DNA from: Parvularia atlantis
Lineage: Eukaryota
DNA length: 34,008 nucleotides
Direction: 5' to 3'
NCBI GenBank assembly: GCA_943704415.1
Contig: CALSCO010000456.1
Location: 1 to 34,008, forward strand
In this document: one piece after another, positions 11,965-23,445 of the stretch
Layout of the letters: the number at the start of each line of letters is the position of its first letter
Numbering within the stretch: the stretch's first letter is position 1
Program-made: the position numbers and the translations under genes
Notes under the pieces: generated by a model
Databases searched by the model: none
The model's input: only the letters and a program-made list of their open reading frames with translations
What the model was told of the DNA's origin: nothing

Positions 11965-13385
11965 TCACGCGCCACGGTGCTGCTGCAGCCTTTGCAGCCG
12001 GTCGAGCGCGACGCGGGAAAAGTACAGGAACGCGGGCACAAACTCCTGCGGCGGGGTGCGGTGAGATGCGCGCACCAACAGCAGCACCCGCGCGCACCTG
12101 CGCCGCGTCGGAGATTTGCTCGGCCGGCAGCTCGTAGCCGCGCACGACGTCGGCCGTCGGCCGGATGTTGACCTGCAGCGACAGCGGGCAGAAGCCGATG
12201 AGCGTGCTCAGGTCGTCGCCGGCGCCCCTGCGTGCAGCCGCGCGCGCGGTTAGAGTTCGCCGGTGGCGGTGCGACGCGGGCCGGGTGAGGCGCACCAGTC
12301 GAGCGCGGTGCCGCCAAACGTCTCGCCGCGCTCCGACGCCTGGCGCACGCTGTAGCGCGTGCCGTTGCGCCGCTCGATCAGCCGCGCCATCTCGCCGCCG
12401 ATCTCGCGGTACAGCGCGGCCTCCTCCACGGGCTCGGTCGTCCACTGGCTCGGGTAGAGGATCTCCTGGCCGTACGCGCGCAGGTCGATCAGGCCGGCGA
12501 CGTTGATCAGGTCCTGCGGGCGTTCGCCGTGCGCGTGAATGTCAGCGTGCGCGCGCGAGTGCCTCGCGGCGGCACGCACGTAGGCGATGAAGTAGGCCAT
12601 CGCGCTCGTCTCCTTCTCGGACCAGGGGCGCCTGCCGCCAAACGCGTCCGACGCCTCGTCGCGCTCGTTGTCGACGATCCAGTGATCGTCTGCGCACGAG
12701 TCGTCAGCAACGTCGGTCAGCGCACGGGCGCCCTCTCGGCGCACCCCAGTTGCGGTTGAGCGCGACGCCGACCGGCTCGTCGCGCGCGTCCGCGGTCGTG
12801 CCGTTGGTCAGCGCGCGGTTCTTGACCCAGGCGCGGTCGGCCGTCCACGTGAAGTCGTACCCGTCCGGGTTGGCCATCGGCACAAACACAAACTCGGCGC
12901 GATCGAGCAGGTCGAGCACGTCCGGGTCGCGCGAGCTGACGAGGTGGTAGACGAGGTACATGGTGGTCGTCGTCGTAGCCCACTCGCGTCCGCTCTGCAG
13001 GCTGTGTGCGCCCGGCGTCAGCGCGCGGCGGGCGGACGCCCGCCGTTCACGCCTCTGCACAAAGATCTTGGGCTTGTACGGGTTGTCGGTCGAGGAGCTG
13101 ACGCGCGCGCAAATCACGTCGCGGCCCTCGGCGGCGCGGGTGATGCGCGGGTAGAAGACGATGTTTTTGTTGTACGCGGCCGCGAGCTGCGCGCGGTGTG
13201 GCGTGGCGAAGCGTCGTCAGCGCGATGTCGTGCTCGCGGACAGCCGCGCGCACCTCCTTGAACCACACGACAACGTCTGTGTAGTTGTGGTACGCGGCGA
13301 ACCACTCGCGCGCGTCCGGCGGCTCGGCGCGCGCCGGCGCGGCCGACAGCAGTGCGGTCAGGGCCAACAGAGCGAGCGCGCGCAT
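11965..13385 (-). CDS. Secreted M14A zinc carboxypeptidase homologue, predicted catalytically dead, 6 introns
   Basis: Signal peptide MRALALLALTALLSAAPARA; YHNY, EGR, REW, PMANPDGY, GVALNRNW, PWSEKET, YGQEILYP, GTALDW, GYELPAEQI. Confidence 0.85.
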
Positions 13386-13448
13386 CGTTTGCGTCGTTGG
13401 ATGGTACGTGCGATCGTCGCACAATCGTCACAAAAACAGGGGGAGGCA

Positions 13449-15645
13449 TCACGCGACGGGCTGCGGTTGCCCTTTGCTCGACGACATCTGACGCACGCAC
13501 GCACGCGTGAGAAGGGCGCGACAAGGGAGAGGGAGAGGGGGGCGGCGCGCCCGCACACCTTGTCAGTCCCGCGCCGGTCGTCGCGCCGGTTATCGCGCCG
13601 CCCATCGCCGCGCCCCTTGTAGCCGCCGCTGCCGCCGCCGCCTGTCCCTGCGTGGTAGCCGCCCCCTGAGACCCCCCGCCGCCCTCAGCGCCCCACTGAC
13701 GGCCCAGCCGTCACGCGGCCGCACCGGACTGCCCGCCCGACTGCGCCCGCGCCGCCTCGCGCTTCTCGATGTGGTTGATCAGGACCTGTGTCCGGAAGCT
13801 CAGGTTCTTGGTCTTCTCGATCACCTGCTGGTAGATGCTCTGCGAGTGCTGCCCCATGATGACCGAGTTCTGCTGCCGCGGTGAGCACCGACGCGCCGTC
13901 TCGCCGCCTGTGCGCACCGTGGCCGTGTCGATCTTGGCGTCGAGCTGCGCGTTGCGGATCAGGTTGACGATCCACTTCTCGGCCTCGTCCTGCGGCATCG
14001 TCAGCTTGTCGGCGAGCATGCTGCACGGCGCGCGCGTCAGGGGGGGCCACGCGGCGCAAAGCAGGTCGCGCACCTGATGTCGATCTTCTGGTGAATCTTG
14101 CAGTACGTCTCAAAGATAAACAGGCGCGCGTTGTCGATAAACTCGTCCAGGAACGGCTCAAGGAAAAAGTCCATCGAAAACACCTACGCGGCGGCTCACC
14201 ACCGTCAGCCCACGCGCTGGTGCAGGGCTGGGCACGCCGTGGTGCACCTCGGAGCACTCGCGCAGCTTCTGCTGCGCCGCGTCAAAGTTGAAGTCTATGT
14301 ACAGGCACTGGACAAAGTCCACAATCGGGTCGCGGTATGTGTGGCTCTCCTGCGCGTGCGCCCTCGCGTCGGCACACGCGGCGAGCCCAGCGCCCGCACG
14401 CACCTGCTGGATCATCGCCACAAGCTCGCGCAGGATGTCTTTGCGCCGCTTGGTCATGATCACGGCCGCGGCCAGGTACCGCAACAGGTGCGGGCACGTC
14501 GTCTGGATGGTCTGCTTGTGGCTGGACCGCGGGTCAGCGGGCCCGAGTGCGCGCGTGACGGCGCCGCGGCCGCACTTGGGATGCAGGAACATGTCGACGA
14601 GGCTCTCGCGGCCCTTGGCGTGGTTGAAGTGCACAAAGAGGCTCCACGTGAGCAGCCAAGAGCGCTGCTGCAGCGTCGTCAGCGGAGGCACGACCGTCTG
14701 CCGGCTGTCGATCGCGAGGCGCAGCGAGCCGAGGTCCTCCACGGCATCGTCCCAGTTCTGCACGAGGATCTCGGTCGCGAGCTTGCCCCAGAGCGCGCTC
14801 AGCATCTTGTCCGGGTCGGTCGTCTGCGGCCCGCCCGGTGCGCGGCGCGTCGGTTGATGCACAGGCACAGGCGATGGGCACAGCGCGCGCGCGCGCGCGC
14901 GTGCGCACCAGCAGCAGGAACTGGTAGAGCGTCTCGGACGCCGCGGCCGAGTTGCCGCAGTTGTACAGAAACTTGGCGTAGTCGTGCAGGATGGCGATGT
15001 CCTCGGCCTTGATCTGCGCCCGAGCCCGCGCGCGTTCAGCGGCACGCCCGGCCCCGCGCCCGGCGCCCCGCGCGCGCACCCCGTAGTTCTCCTGCAGGAA
15101 GCGAAAGTTGTTCTGCTTGTCCTTGCCCATCTGGTCGAGCACCTGCGCGTGCGGCCGCTGTAAGCCGCGCCTGCGCGGCCGCTCTCCGACGTGCTGCGTG
15201 CCTTCTGGTCCTGGAACAGGTCCAGCAGCGCGCGCGAGCCGTCCTTGAGCTCAACCAGCCGCGCGACGACGCGCTCGCGCTTGCTGAGCAGCTCGGGCGG
15301 CGTCGCGTCCGTGCCATGCAGCTTCTTGTACTCGCTAATCTCAAAGTCGACAAGGTTCGTGCGTTGCAGCAGGCTGATCTTGGACTCGAGGATGTCCTTG
15401 ACGCGGTAGACCTGCCGCGCCGCGCGCGCCGTGCGTCAGCCACGTGGTCGCGCGCCGGCCATCCGCTCGCGACCGTCGCGCAGCCCATCCGGCCCGTCCG
15501 CGGCCCGTCCGCGGCCCATCCGCCGCCCATCCGCACGGCCGGCGCGCGCCCGCACCTGCTTGTCCTCGAGGAAGTCGAGCAGCGGCAGCGTCAGCTGGAT
15601 GTCGAGCGAGCGCGCGAGGGTCGGCGTGAGGTCGTGCGCGGCCAT
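13449..15645 (-). CDS. EIF3E: Eukaryotic translation initiation factor 3 subunit E (INT6), about 11 introns
   Basis: [98 protein letters not shown]. The unspliced alternative stop is at 13711. Confidence 0.95.
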
Positions 15646-15936
15646 GGTGGTGATGCGCGCTCTGGATCAGTTTTGAGTTTTAACTCTCGGGACAAGGCAC
15701 TGAGGTATGCGGGCGTGTTTGTGAACGGTGCGTGCGATGGTTGGGTGTGTGCAGTGTCGTGAGTGTGTGTCGTGCGTGCGTGGTGGTTAGGTGTGCGTGT
15801 GTGGTTGGGTGTGCGGGTGTCGTGAAGGTGTGCGATGTCGTTCAGTTTTCTGCTGAAGGCGTCTGCGCGCACGCGCACGCGCACGCGCACGCAGCGTCAG
15901 AGCCGCAAGCGCACACGGGCACGGGCACGCACCGGG

Positions 15937-17977
15937 TCACGCAGCACGCAGCGTCGCAATGCAAAACTCGTAGAAACTGCGGTGGGGGGCCACCCGCGCG
16001 CTGTCGCTCACGCGGTAGCTGAACCAGGCCGTGCCGCCTGCGCCGCCCGCGCCGCCCGTGCCGCCCGCGCCGGCCTCGGCAGAGTCGGGGCTGGCGGGCC
16101 AGTGCAGCCGGTCTGCGACCTTCTCAATTGTCTCGACCACGCGTTGCTCCGTCTCGAGGCGACGCGCGACCTCGCGCACGCCCAGCAGCCGCGCCGTGTC
16201 GTTGCCCATGCGCAGCATTTGCAGCCGGCCCTCGCGCGGGTGCAGCCGTGACGAGCCGATGAGGACGCGCCGCAGACGCTCGTTGGCAGGCTCAGGGCTG
16301 ACGGTGCCAGCCGGCATCGTCGACCCGTCCGCGCGACGCTCGACACCGCTTGCGTCTGCGCGCGCACCAAGGCCGTGTCAGGACCAGAGCCGCCGGCGAG
16401 CCACGCCAGCGTACGCGCACCAAAGTAGCGGCCACGCTCGAACGGCTCGTCCGTCACCAAGAATACCCAGCCGGGCCCCTCGCCTGCCTCGGAGCGCACG
16501 TCGACCGTCGCGCCGCCGTCAAAGTGCACCATCGTGCTGATCGTGGCCACGCCCCGTCGTGCGCTCTCGGGCGTGCCTGCGTTGCTGTCGCCCTCGACCG
16601 GGCGCGCGTGCTGCGGCAGCGGCGGATGCGGCACAAGCGGCGTCGGCTGTGGCGGCGACGCAGCACCGGCACCAAAGACGACCGCGGCGAGCTGATCGAC
16701 GTGGTCGAGGAACGTCGGGTCGACGTCGTCAAAGCCGGTCGCAGCGGGCAGCGGCACACGGCCAGCAACGACTGCGGGTGGGGTCGCGGCCGTCAGTCGC
16801 GCGCCGCCGCTCACACACGGGCACGCACCGGTCGGCGTGAGAAGAGGCTGCGCGCGGTGCGCGGGCGGCGATGCCGACAGCGATGGAGACGCAGACGAGG
16901 CTCCCGGCGTCGCGTAGGCCACGTAGAGCCGGTAGAGCTGGTTGGAGACGACGCCGAGCATGAAGCTGAGCGTCTGGAAGTCCTTGGGCTCAGCGTGCAG
17001 CCAGCGCAGCAGGAGCAGCTCGGGTGAGAGGCTGAGGCGGCTGTGCGCGTTGAGGCCGAGGAGGCGGCTGAGCTGGACGGCGGCCGAGAACATGAGCACG
17101 CCGCGGCAGATGGCCTTGACCGCGGCCGGGCGCCACGGGTGCGAGCCGCCCGCGCCGTCGCCGCCTGCGCCCCAGCTGGCCTCGGTGCCGCCGCTGCCCT
17201 GCTCGGCGTCGGGCTGGAGGCGCTCGCGGTAGGCCAGGTCGGGCGGGTAGTACTGCATCACGCGCAGGGCGATCGCGCGCACGTCGCCGAGGTCGTCGCC
17301 GCCGACGGGCCGCAGGGGCAAGCTGAGCGTCCAGGGCAGGACGGGCACGGCGGGCAGGCTGGATGTGTCCATGAGGTCGTTGCCGATCGCCGCCGCCGTG
17401 GCCGCCGCGGCCGACGCGGCCGCAGACGACGGCGCCCCGACCTTGCTCGCCACGCCGCTCGTCAGCAGCAGCGACGCCTGCCACATGCGCAGCAGCTGGC
17501 CCGAGATCACGCCCAGGACGGCGGCGTACTTGCGGTACTCTTGCGGGGGTGCGTGCAGCCAGTTGACAAAGAGCACATCGGCCTCGAGCCCGAGCTTGCG
17601 GTCGTAGTTGAGACAAAACAACTCCGAGACGGCCTGCGCCGGGACAAAGGCGAGGATGGCGTGGCAGATGCGCTTGACGTCGGCGGCGCTCCAGGGGTGC
17701 ACCGCGGCCGCGTCCGTGTTGGGAGGGATGAAGCGCAGGGCGAGCGCGGCGGCGCGGCGTGCGGTCGTGAGCAGGCGCTCTATCTTGGACGAGTCGCGCT
17801 CGAGACTGTCGCTGCGCTCGCGCTCGTGCCCGCTCGAACCTGCGCCCGCACCGGCGGTCAACGAGCCGGGCGATGTGCGTGCGATCGGTGCGGCGGACGG
17901 CGGCGAGTGCGCGACGGTCGCGGGCGGGAGCGGCGCAAAGCCGTAGCGCATCGCGAGCATGCTGCTGGTCTCGGTGC

Positions 17978-18015
<38 letters not shown>

Positions 18016-18943
18016 GGCTGCTGATGTTGAGGCGGCTGTTGCTGCTGCTGCGCAGGCGGTGGCGGTTGGGGCGCAAAGGCGGGGGCGCCGATCGGCATTG
18101 GCTGGACGAGGTAAAGGGCGCTCTGTCGAAACGCGTCGAGCGCGCGGCGCGCGGCCTGGGCGTCGGCGTAGGTCACGAAGGCGAAGGGTAGTCCGTCGGG
18201 CCCGGCCACGGCGGCGAGGGCGACCTCTGCGGACGCGCGTGCGCGGGTCAGGACGCTGGACCTAACTGAACCGTTAACTGAAACCATGCCATCTCAGCCC
18301 CGCAGCCCCGCAGCGCGCGCGTCGCCAACGCCGCTCCGCGCCCAGACCGCGCCCAGACCGCAGCCGCCGTCCCATCCAGAGCCATCGCGCGCGAGGCACG
18401 TGTGTGCACGCGCGAGAGGAACAGGCGTAGCTAGGGCGACAAACACCCGAGCCCACGTCAACCCACGGCCCCTGGCAAAACAAACACGGACCCAGACCGC
18501 ACGGCAGCGCGCGCGCGCGCGCAATTGGCGCAGCGGCGACGGCGAGCGCGCGGGGGCACCGGTGCGCACGTGGGCGCTGTCACGCCAGCAAAGGGGCCCG
18601 TCGTCAACGCACCGAGCACGCCGGGCGCGGCCGCCTCAAAGTCGTTCACGATCTGCTGTGCGCCGGCCGGCTGGCGCAGGCGGACGTGCAGCGCGGGCAG
18701 CGGCGCGGCGGATGTCGGCGCAGATCCCGGCCCGACGCCCGGCCCGCGCGCGGCGGGCGGCGGCGTGGGCGGCGCTTGCTCGCCAAAGGGCCCCGCACCG
18801 GCGGCCGGAGCGGCGATGACGTTGCCATGGAAGGCCGCGGGCGGCGCAGCGGCGGCAGGCGTGGCGGCCGCGGCGCCGACCATCGGACGCGGCGCAGGTG
18901 GCCGCGCGCCCACGCGGCGCCCGCGCCCGCCGTCCCCTTCCAT
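15937..18943 (-). CDS. Unknown protein: Pro/Ala-rich N-terminus, one RRM, polyQ, two tandem 73-aa repeats, uncharacterised C-terminal domain
   Basis: Removing intron 18227-18612 joins LHVRL...APGVL|EVALAAV...FAFVTYADAQAARRAL (RNP1-like). A later intron after RYF joins to ORF 15937-16317. The ATG is preceded by CCAG, so an upstream exon is possible. Confidence 0.65.
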
Positions 18944-19265
18944 CTGGCGCGGCGGGAAAAACGGGCGCGGCGGGCGCCTGTGCGACGGGTCACGCTGGCG
19001 CCTGATCAAGCAAAACTGGCACCAGGGGGGCGCGAAAATCACCGCGACCCGGGTCACAGCGCGCGGGCGAGGGAGCGAGAGCGAGCGCGAGGCAGAGAGG
19101 AGGGCGGCGCGCGGCGGCGAGCAACAGCAGCTGGCGCGCGGGTCAGATACGCTGATCGCCTCCGTGCTGCAGGAAAATCTCCTGCCCACACAAAGCCTCC
19201 GTGTGGAGCCCCGTGTCCGTTCGCGCGAACGCTGGCCGGCGAATTCTTTTGCGTCCGTCCACGTT

Positions 19266-19899
19266 TCACCATACACGCACGGCGTCAACGAGCGCTGTGA
19301 TCTCCCGAAACGCGGCCGCGGCGTCGGCGTCGTGTTGTGCGGCGTCGGGTGCGTCGGCGGCGGTGGGCCCGCCCGCCAGCGCCAGGCCGAGCAGAAGCGG
19401 GCGCACGTTGCCCTCGCCCTGCGCGGACGCGACGCGTTCGACGATCTCGCGTGCGTACACCATCAGCGTCTCGTCGTCGCGCCGCCCGAGCAGGCAGTGG
19501 ATCGAGTAGGTGCCCGTGCCGCGGCCGTGCTCGTCGACGTTGCGCGACGCGCGGATCTGCGCATCGCGCACGCGCACACGCTCGCGGTTGGTCACCGGCA
19601 CGCGGCTCAACGCGCAGGGCACGCGCAGGGCACGCGCACAGCACGCGCACGCGCACGGCACGGCACGGCACGGCACGGCACGGCACGCACCAGGCTGCCG
19701 ACCTTGCCTAGCTGCGACACGATCAGCAGAATATGGTCCGCGTACGCCTGCGCGAGCAGCTGCGCCCGTGTCAGCCATCGCACGCGGGCGGACGTGGCGT
19801 GCATGTCGCGTGCCCGCCGCTCGCACGCACCTCCGTCCGCACGCCGCGCACGACCGTGACGTGCTGACGGGTTGTGATCGGGAAGGGTGACGTGTCCAT
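19266..19899 (-). CDS. PSMG3: Proteasome assembly chaperone 3 (PAC3), 2 introns
   Basis: MDTSPFPITTRQ..VRGVRTE|LLAQAYADHILLIVSQLGKVGSL|..CLLGRRDD..YAREIV..RPLLLGLAL..VRVW*, matching the PAC3 pattern including the terminal VW. Confidence 0.88.
19654..19688. repeat. (CACGG)n pentanucleotide microsatellite in PSMG3 intron 2
   Basis: About 7 tandem CACGG units read directly. Confidence 0.85.
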
Positions 19900-19973
19900 G
19901 CTGGGAAGTGTGCGCCCGGAGATACGCCGCTTTCCCCGCGCCGGCGTCGCACCCGCGTTTCGCGTTTGGGCGC

Positions 19974-21126
19974 ATGACAGCCGACGACGGCACCGGCTCG
20001 GGCTACGGCCCCGCGGGCGACGCGGCCGTGGCGGCGCTCGGGACGCTCACGTGCCTGCTGTCGATGCTGGGCTGCGTGGTGATCGTGCACTCGTACGCGC
20101 GCTGGAAGGAGCTGCGGACGGTCTCGCGCCTGCTGCTCGTGTTCCTGTCGTGCGCCGACTTTGCCGTGGCACTGGGCAACGCCGTGGGCCTGCTCTCGCG
20201 CGCGGGGCCGGGCACGCTCTGTACCGCGCAGAGCTTTGTCACGACGTACGCCTCCATGGTCTCGTTCTTCTGGACCGTGTACGTCGCGTGGTACCTGCTC
20301 GTGTGCATCCCCGAGCCCGCGAGCGGACCGCCCCTGCCGAGCGTCGTGGCGCGGTACCTGCTCGTGTTCCACGTGACGGCGTGGTTTGTGCCGCTCGTGG
20401 TCGTCATCGTCGCGGCGGTGTTTGGCGTGCTGGGCGCGTCGGCCAACGACACGTGGTGCTGGGTGAGCGACACCGTCGGCCAGGTCTTCTTCTGGTGCGC
20501 GCGCGCAAACGCACCGCACCGCACGCGCACGCTCATGCGCGCGCGGGCACACATACGCACACACGCACACACCACAGGCGCATGTTCACCGGCAAGATGT
20601 GGGAGTTCATGGCCTACATCGCCACGCCGTTCCTGTACTTCCTCGTCAAGTGGCGCATCGACGCCAACGTCGTGCGGGCGACGGTGGGGCTGCACCCGGC
20701 GCAGCGCACGGTCATCTCGAGCGCTGACCGCAAGATGACGCTCATCCCCGTCGTGTTCATCTTCGTGCGCATGTGGGGCAGCATCCGCTTCATCGTCGAC
20801 TCGACGCCGAGCGGCTACGACGCGCTCTGGCTGACGATCCTCCAGGCACGTCGGGCTGCCGCGTGTGCTGTCGCGTGACCGCCCGCGGTGCGACGCGCCA
20901 GGCCGTTGGCGACTCGTCCCAGGGCTTTGCCAACTTCCTCATGTTTTGCGTCCTCACGCGCCGCGTCCGCAACAAGTACCTGCGGCTGCTGCGCCTACGC
21001 GCGGACGAAGACGAGGCGCCGCTCCTACCGCCGCCTACGCCCGCGCCCGCACCCGAGAGCGCCGGTACGATCGAGTACTACGAGCGCGCGGGCGGGGACG
21101 TGCTGCGCCCGGTCACCATGCGGTAG
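19974..21126 (+). CDS. Seven-transmembrane GPCR, GPR157-like (cAMP-receptor-like group), 2 introns
   Basis: SRLLLVFLSCAD, CTAQ, SFFWT, WCWV, FTGKMWE, ADRKMTLIPVVFIFVRMWGSIRF, GDSSQGFAN..FCVLTRRVR parallel GPR157 motifs. Confidence 0.85.
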
Positions 21127-21215
21127 CCCTGCATGCGTGTCGCGAGCTGTACAATCGATGCATGACGGTACAGATCATGATAGATGCAGGAGCGGCAAAC
21201 GGCACGGCGGCGGGG

Positions 21216-23396
21216 TCACGTGAACTGGATTGGTGTCATCACGCCCAGGCAGTACGACAGGCGGCCCTCGGGCATGGAGCGGATGCACGAGATGTGCGCG
21301 CGCGTGGTGAGCGTCTGGCCAAACCTGGTCATGAAGGTGAGCTGCTTGCGCGGACGCGCATCAGATGAGCCGCAGACAGCACATGGTCGGCGCGCGCACG
21401 CACGCACGTTCACTTCGGCAAAGGCCACAGGCAGCTGCGTCATGATGACCTGGATGAACGCAGCCATGTTGCGCTGGTCGGGTACGAGCAGCTCCGAGAT
21501 CATCTTGACTGCGACGCGGTGTGCCGTCAGGCCGCGTGCAGCGCCAGAAAAAAAAAACGCGACCGCCCCACGCACTGTCGTTGCAGACCTGCTCGAGCGA
21601 GTACCCGAGGAGCTTGAGCATGGCCGAGTTGACGTCGATCACGCGCAGGAGCGTGTCCCACGTGACTGCACGGCACACGCGCACGCGGCTGAGTCTACAG
21701 CGACGCACGACGCGCACGCACTCGTCGGCAGCACGTTGCCCTCCTCCGAGATCGGCGCGATCGGCGTGAACCGGTCCAGCGCGTGCTTGACAAAGACTCG
21801 GTGCTGGCACAGCTCCTCAAACAGCACGCGCATCTTCATGATCGTCGTCAGGAACATGGTGTTGTTGCGCGCCGTCACGTTCGTCTCCAGCTGGCTGTAG
21901 GTCAGGCGGGTGCTGCTCTCGCGCGCCCGGCGTGAGAGCCTGCCCGGCCTGCGCCGCGCGCTGCGCACCCGATCACGTCGCTGAAGCTCTGCATGATCAT
22001 CTTGCGCACGTCGACCATGCCCGCGTGCATGTCCTGGATGCTTGGCGACGGCAACGTGAACCAGAGGCAATCGGCACAGAGCGCGGGCACGCGCGAGCCC
22101 GTCGGGTCTGACGCTGCGGCGCGTGTCGGCGGCGAGCGTGCACGCACGCGCAGGGGCGGTGCGCGCACGGTCAGGGTTGGCAAGGATGAACGCCGTGCGC
22201 GACATGAGCTGCGCCTGCGTGAGCGTCGCTGCGGCTGGAGCACCCGCGCCGCCCGTCGGCGAGTCGCGCGACAGAGCCGTCGAGTAGCGGTTGCCACCAC
22301 CGCTGTTGCTTCCGTTGGCACCGTTGCCGCCGATGTCGGCGCCACCGGCCAAAGTCATTGGCGGCTTGTGGCCCGCCGACGCCTGCTGGTACTGTGCGCG
22401 CGAGCGAGCGTAAGGCGTCGCGGTCGCGCGCGCAAGTGACGCGCACCATCATGAACGACACGAACGGATGGTCGGTGCCCTGGCTGTAGGCGGCGCCCCT
22501 GTGCGGCCGCGTGTGTCAGCGGCACACGCTCGGCTCGCAGGTGCAGCACTGCACCCGCTCGCGTACTCTGCGGGCACGCCGTTGCTGCAGATGCACGTCA
22601 GGCCATGCAACACGCCGCAGCACACGGCGACGCACCTGTCGTAGTACCCGGTCCCGTTCACGTGCAGGTCGGGGCCCGTATACATGTCTGGTGCGCCAGA
22701 TGAACATCGGCAACAGCGCGCGCGGCGCGTGCGCACTTTGCCCGGGCGGCCCTGCGGCGGCGTGCGTTGCCGACGAGACGGCGTCGAGCGCCGAGGCGTT
22801 GGTCACCGCGACGCTCACGCTTGCCGGCGTCCGCGTGCGCATGCCAGGCGGCAGCCTCGCCTTGCCGGCCGTGCCGTTGGGCTCGCGCCGAAGGGGGTCT
22901 CCCTTGGGGCGCGGCGGCCGGCCCGATGGCAGCTGGTTGCCTACGACGGCCCGGCACGCATGAGCGCGCGGCGAGCCCGCGCCGCCGCTCCGCGCACCCT
23001 CGACGCAGCGGTCGGGCATGCCCTTGACGACGCAGCGCTTGCAGGGGCGTGTGTTGGAGCACGCGCGGCGCGCGGCGCGGCACGGCGCACAGGACCGCTG
23101 TCGTGCACACGCATGCGTCAGCCCGGCACGCGCGCCGCCCGTCGCTGCGCACGCGCCTTGGCCCGCAGGCCGCTGTTGGGCCGCCGCGCGCCGCCGCCGC
23201 CGACAGCATGACCGTCGGCGTCCTTGCCCGCTGCGCCGTCTGCGCGCCACCCGTCACGTGCTGCACGCGGCTCGCCCGCGGCGCGGCGTGCACCGCGCGC
23301 GTCGTCATCGTCGTCGTCGTCGGCGGCGGCGTCGTCGTCCCAGTCGCTCTCCGTGTCCGGCGGCGGCAACGTCGGCGTCGGTGCGTCAGTGCTCAT
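21216..23396 (-). CDS. Zn(II)2Cys6 transcription factor with C-terminal PAS domain (Ert1/AcuK/Rds2-like architecture), about 12 introns
   Basis: SCAPCRAARRACSNTRPCKRCVVKGMPDRC gives six Cys. The C-terminal VIDVNSAMLKLLGYSLEQV..LTFMTRFGQTL is PAS-like. The start is either 23396 (needs a GC donor) or 23209 (GT donor). Confidence 0.75.
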
Positions 23397-23445
23397 CGCT
23401 CGCGGATTCCTCCGCACGTTTCTTCCGCTGGCCCCGACAGCCATC

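Noticed and set aside
15735..15815. Three GGTTRGGTGTG units resembling telomeric repeats or a CRISPR-like array
   Set aside because: Short, degenerate GT-rich simple sequence between genes; no regular repeat-spacer structure, no tandem TTAGGG and no cas genes.
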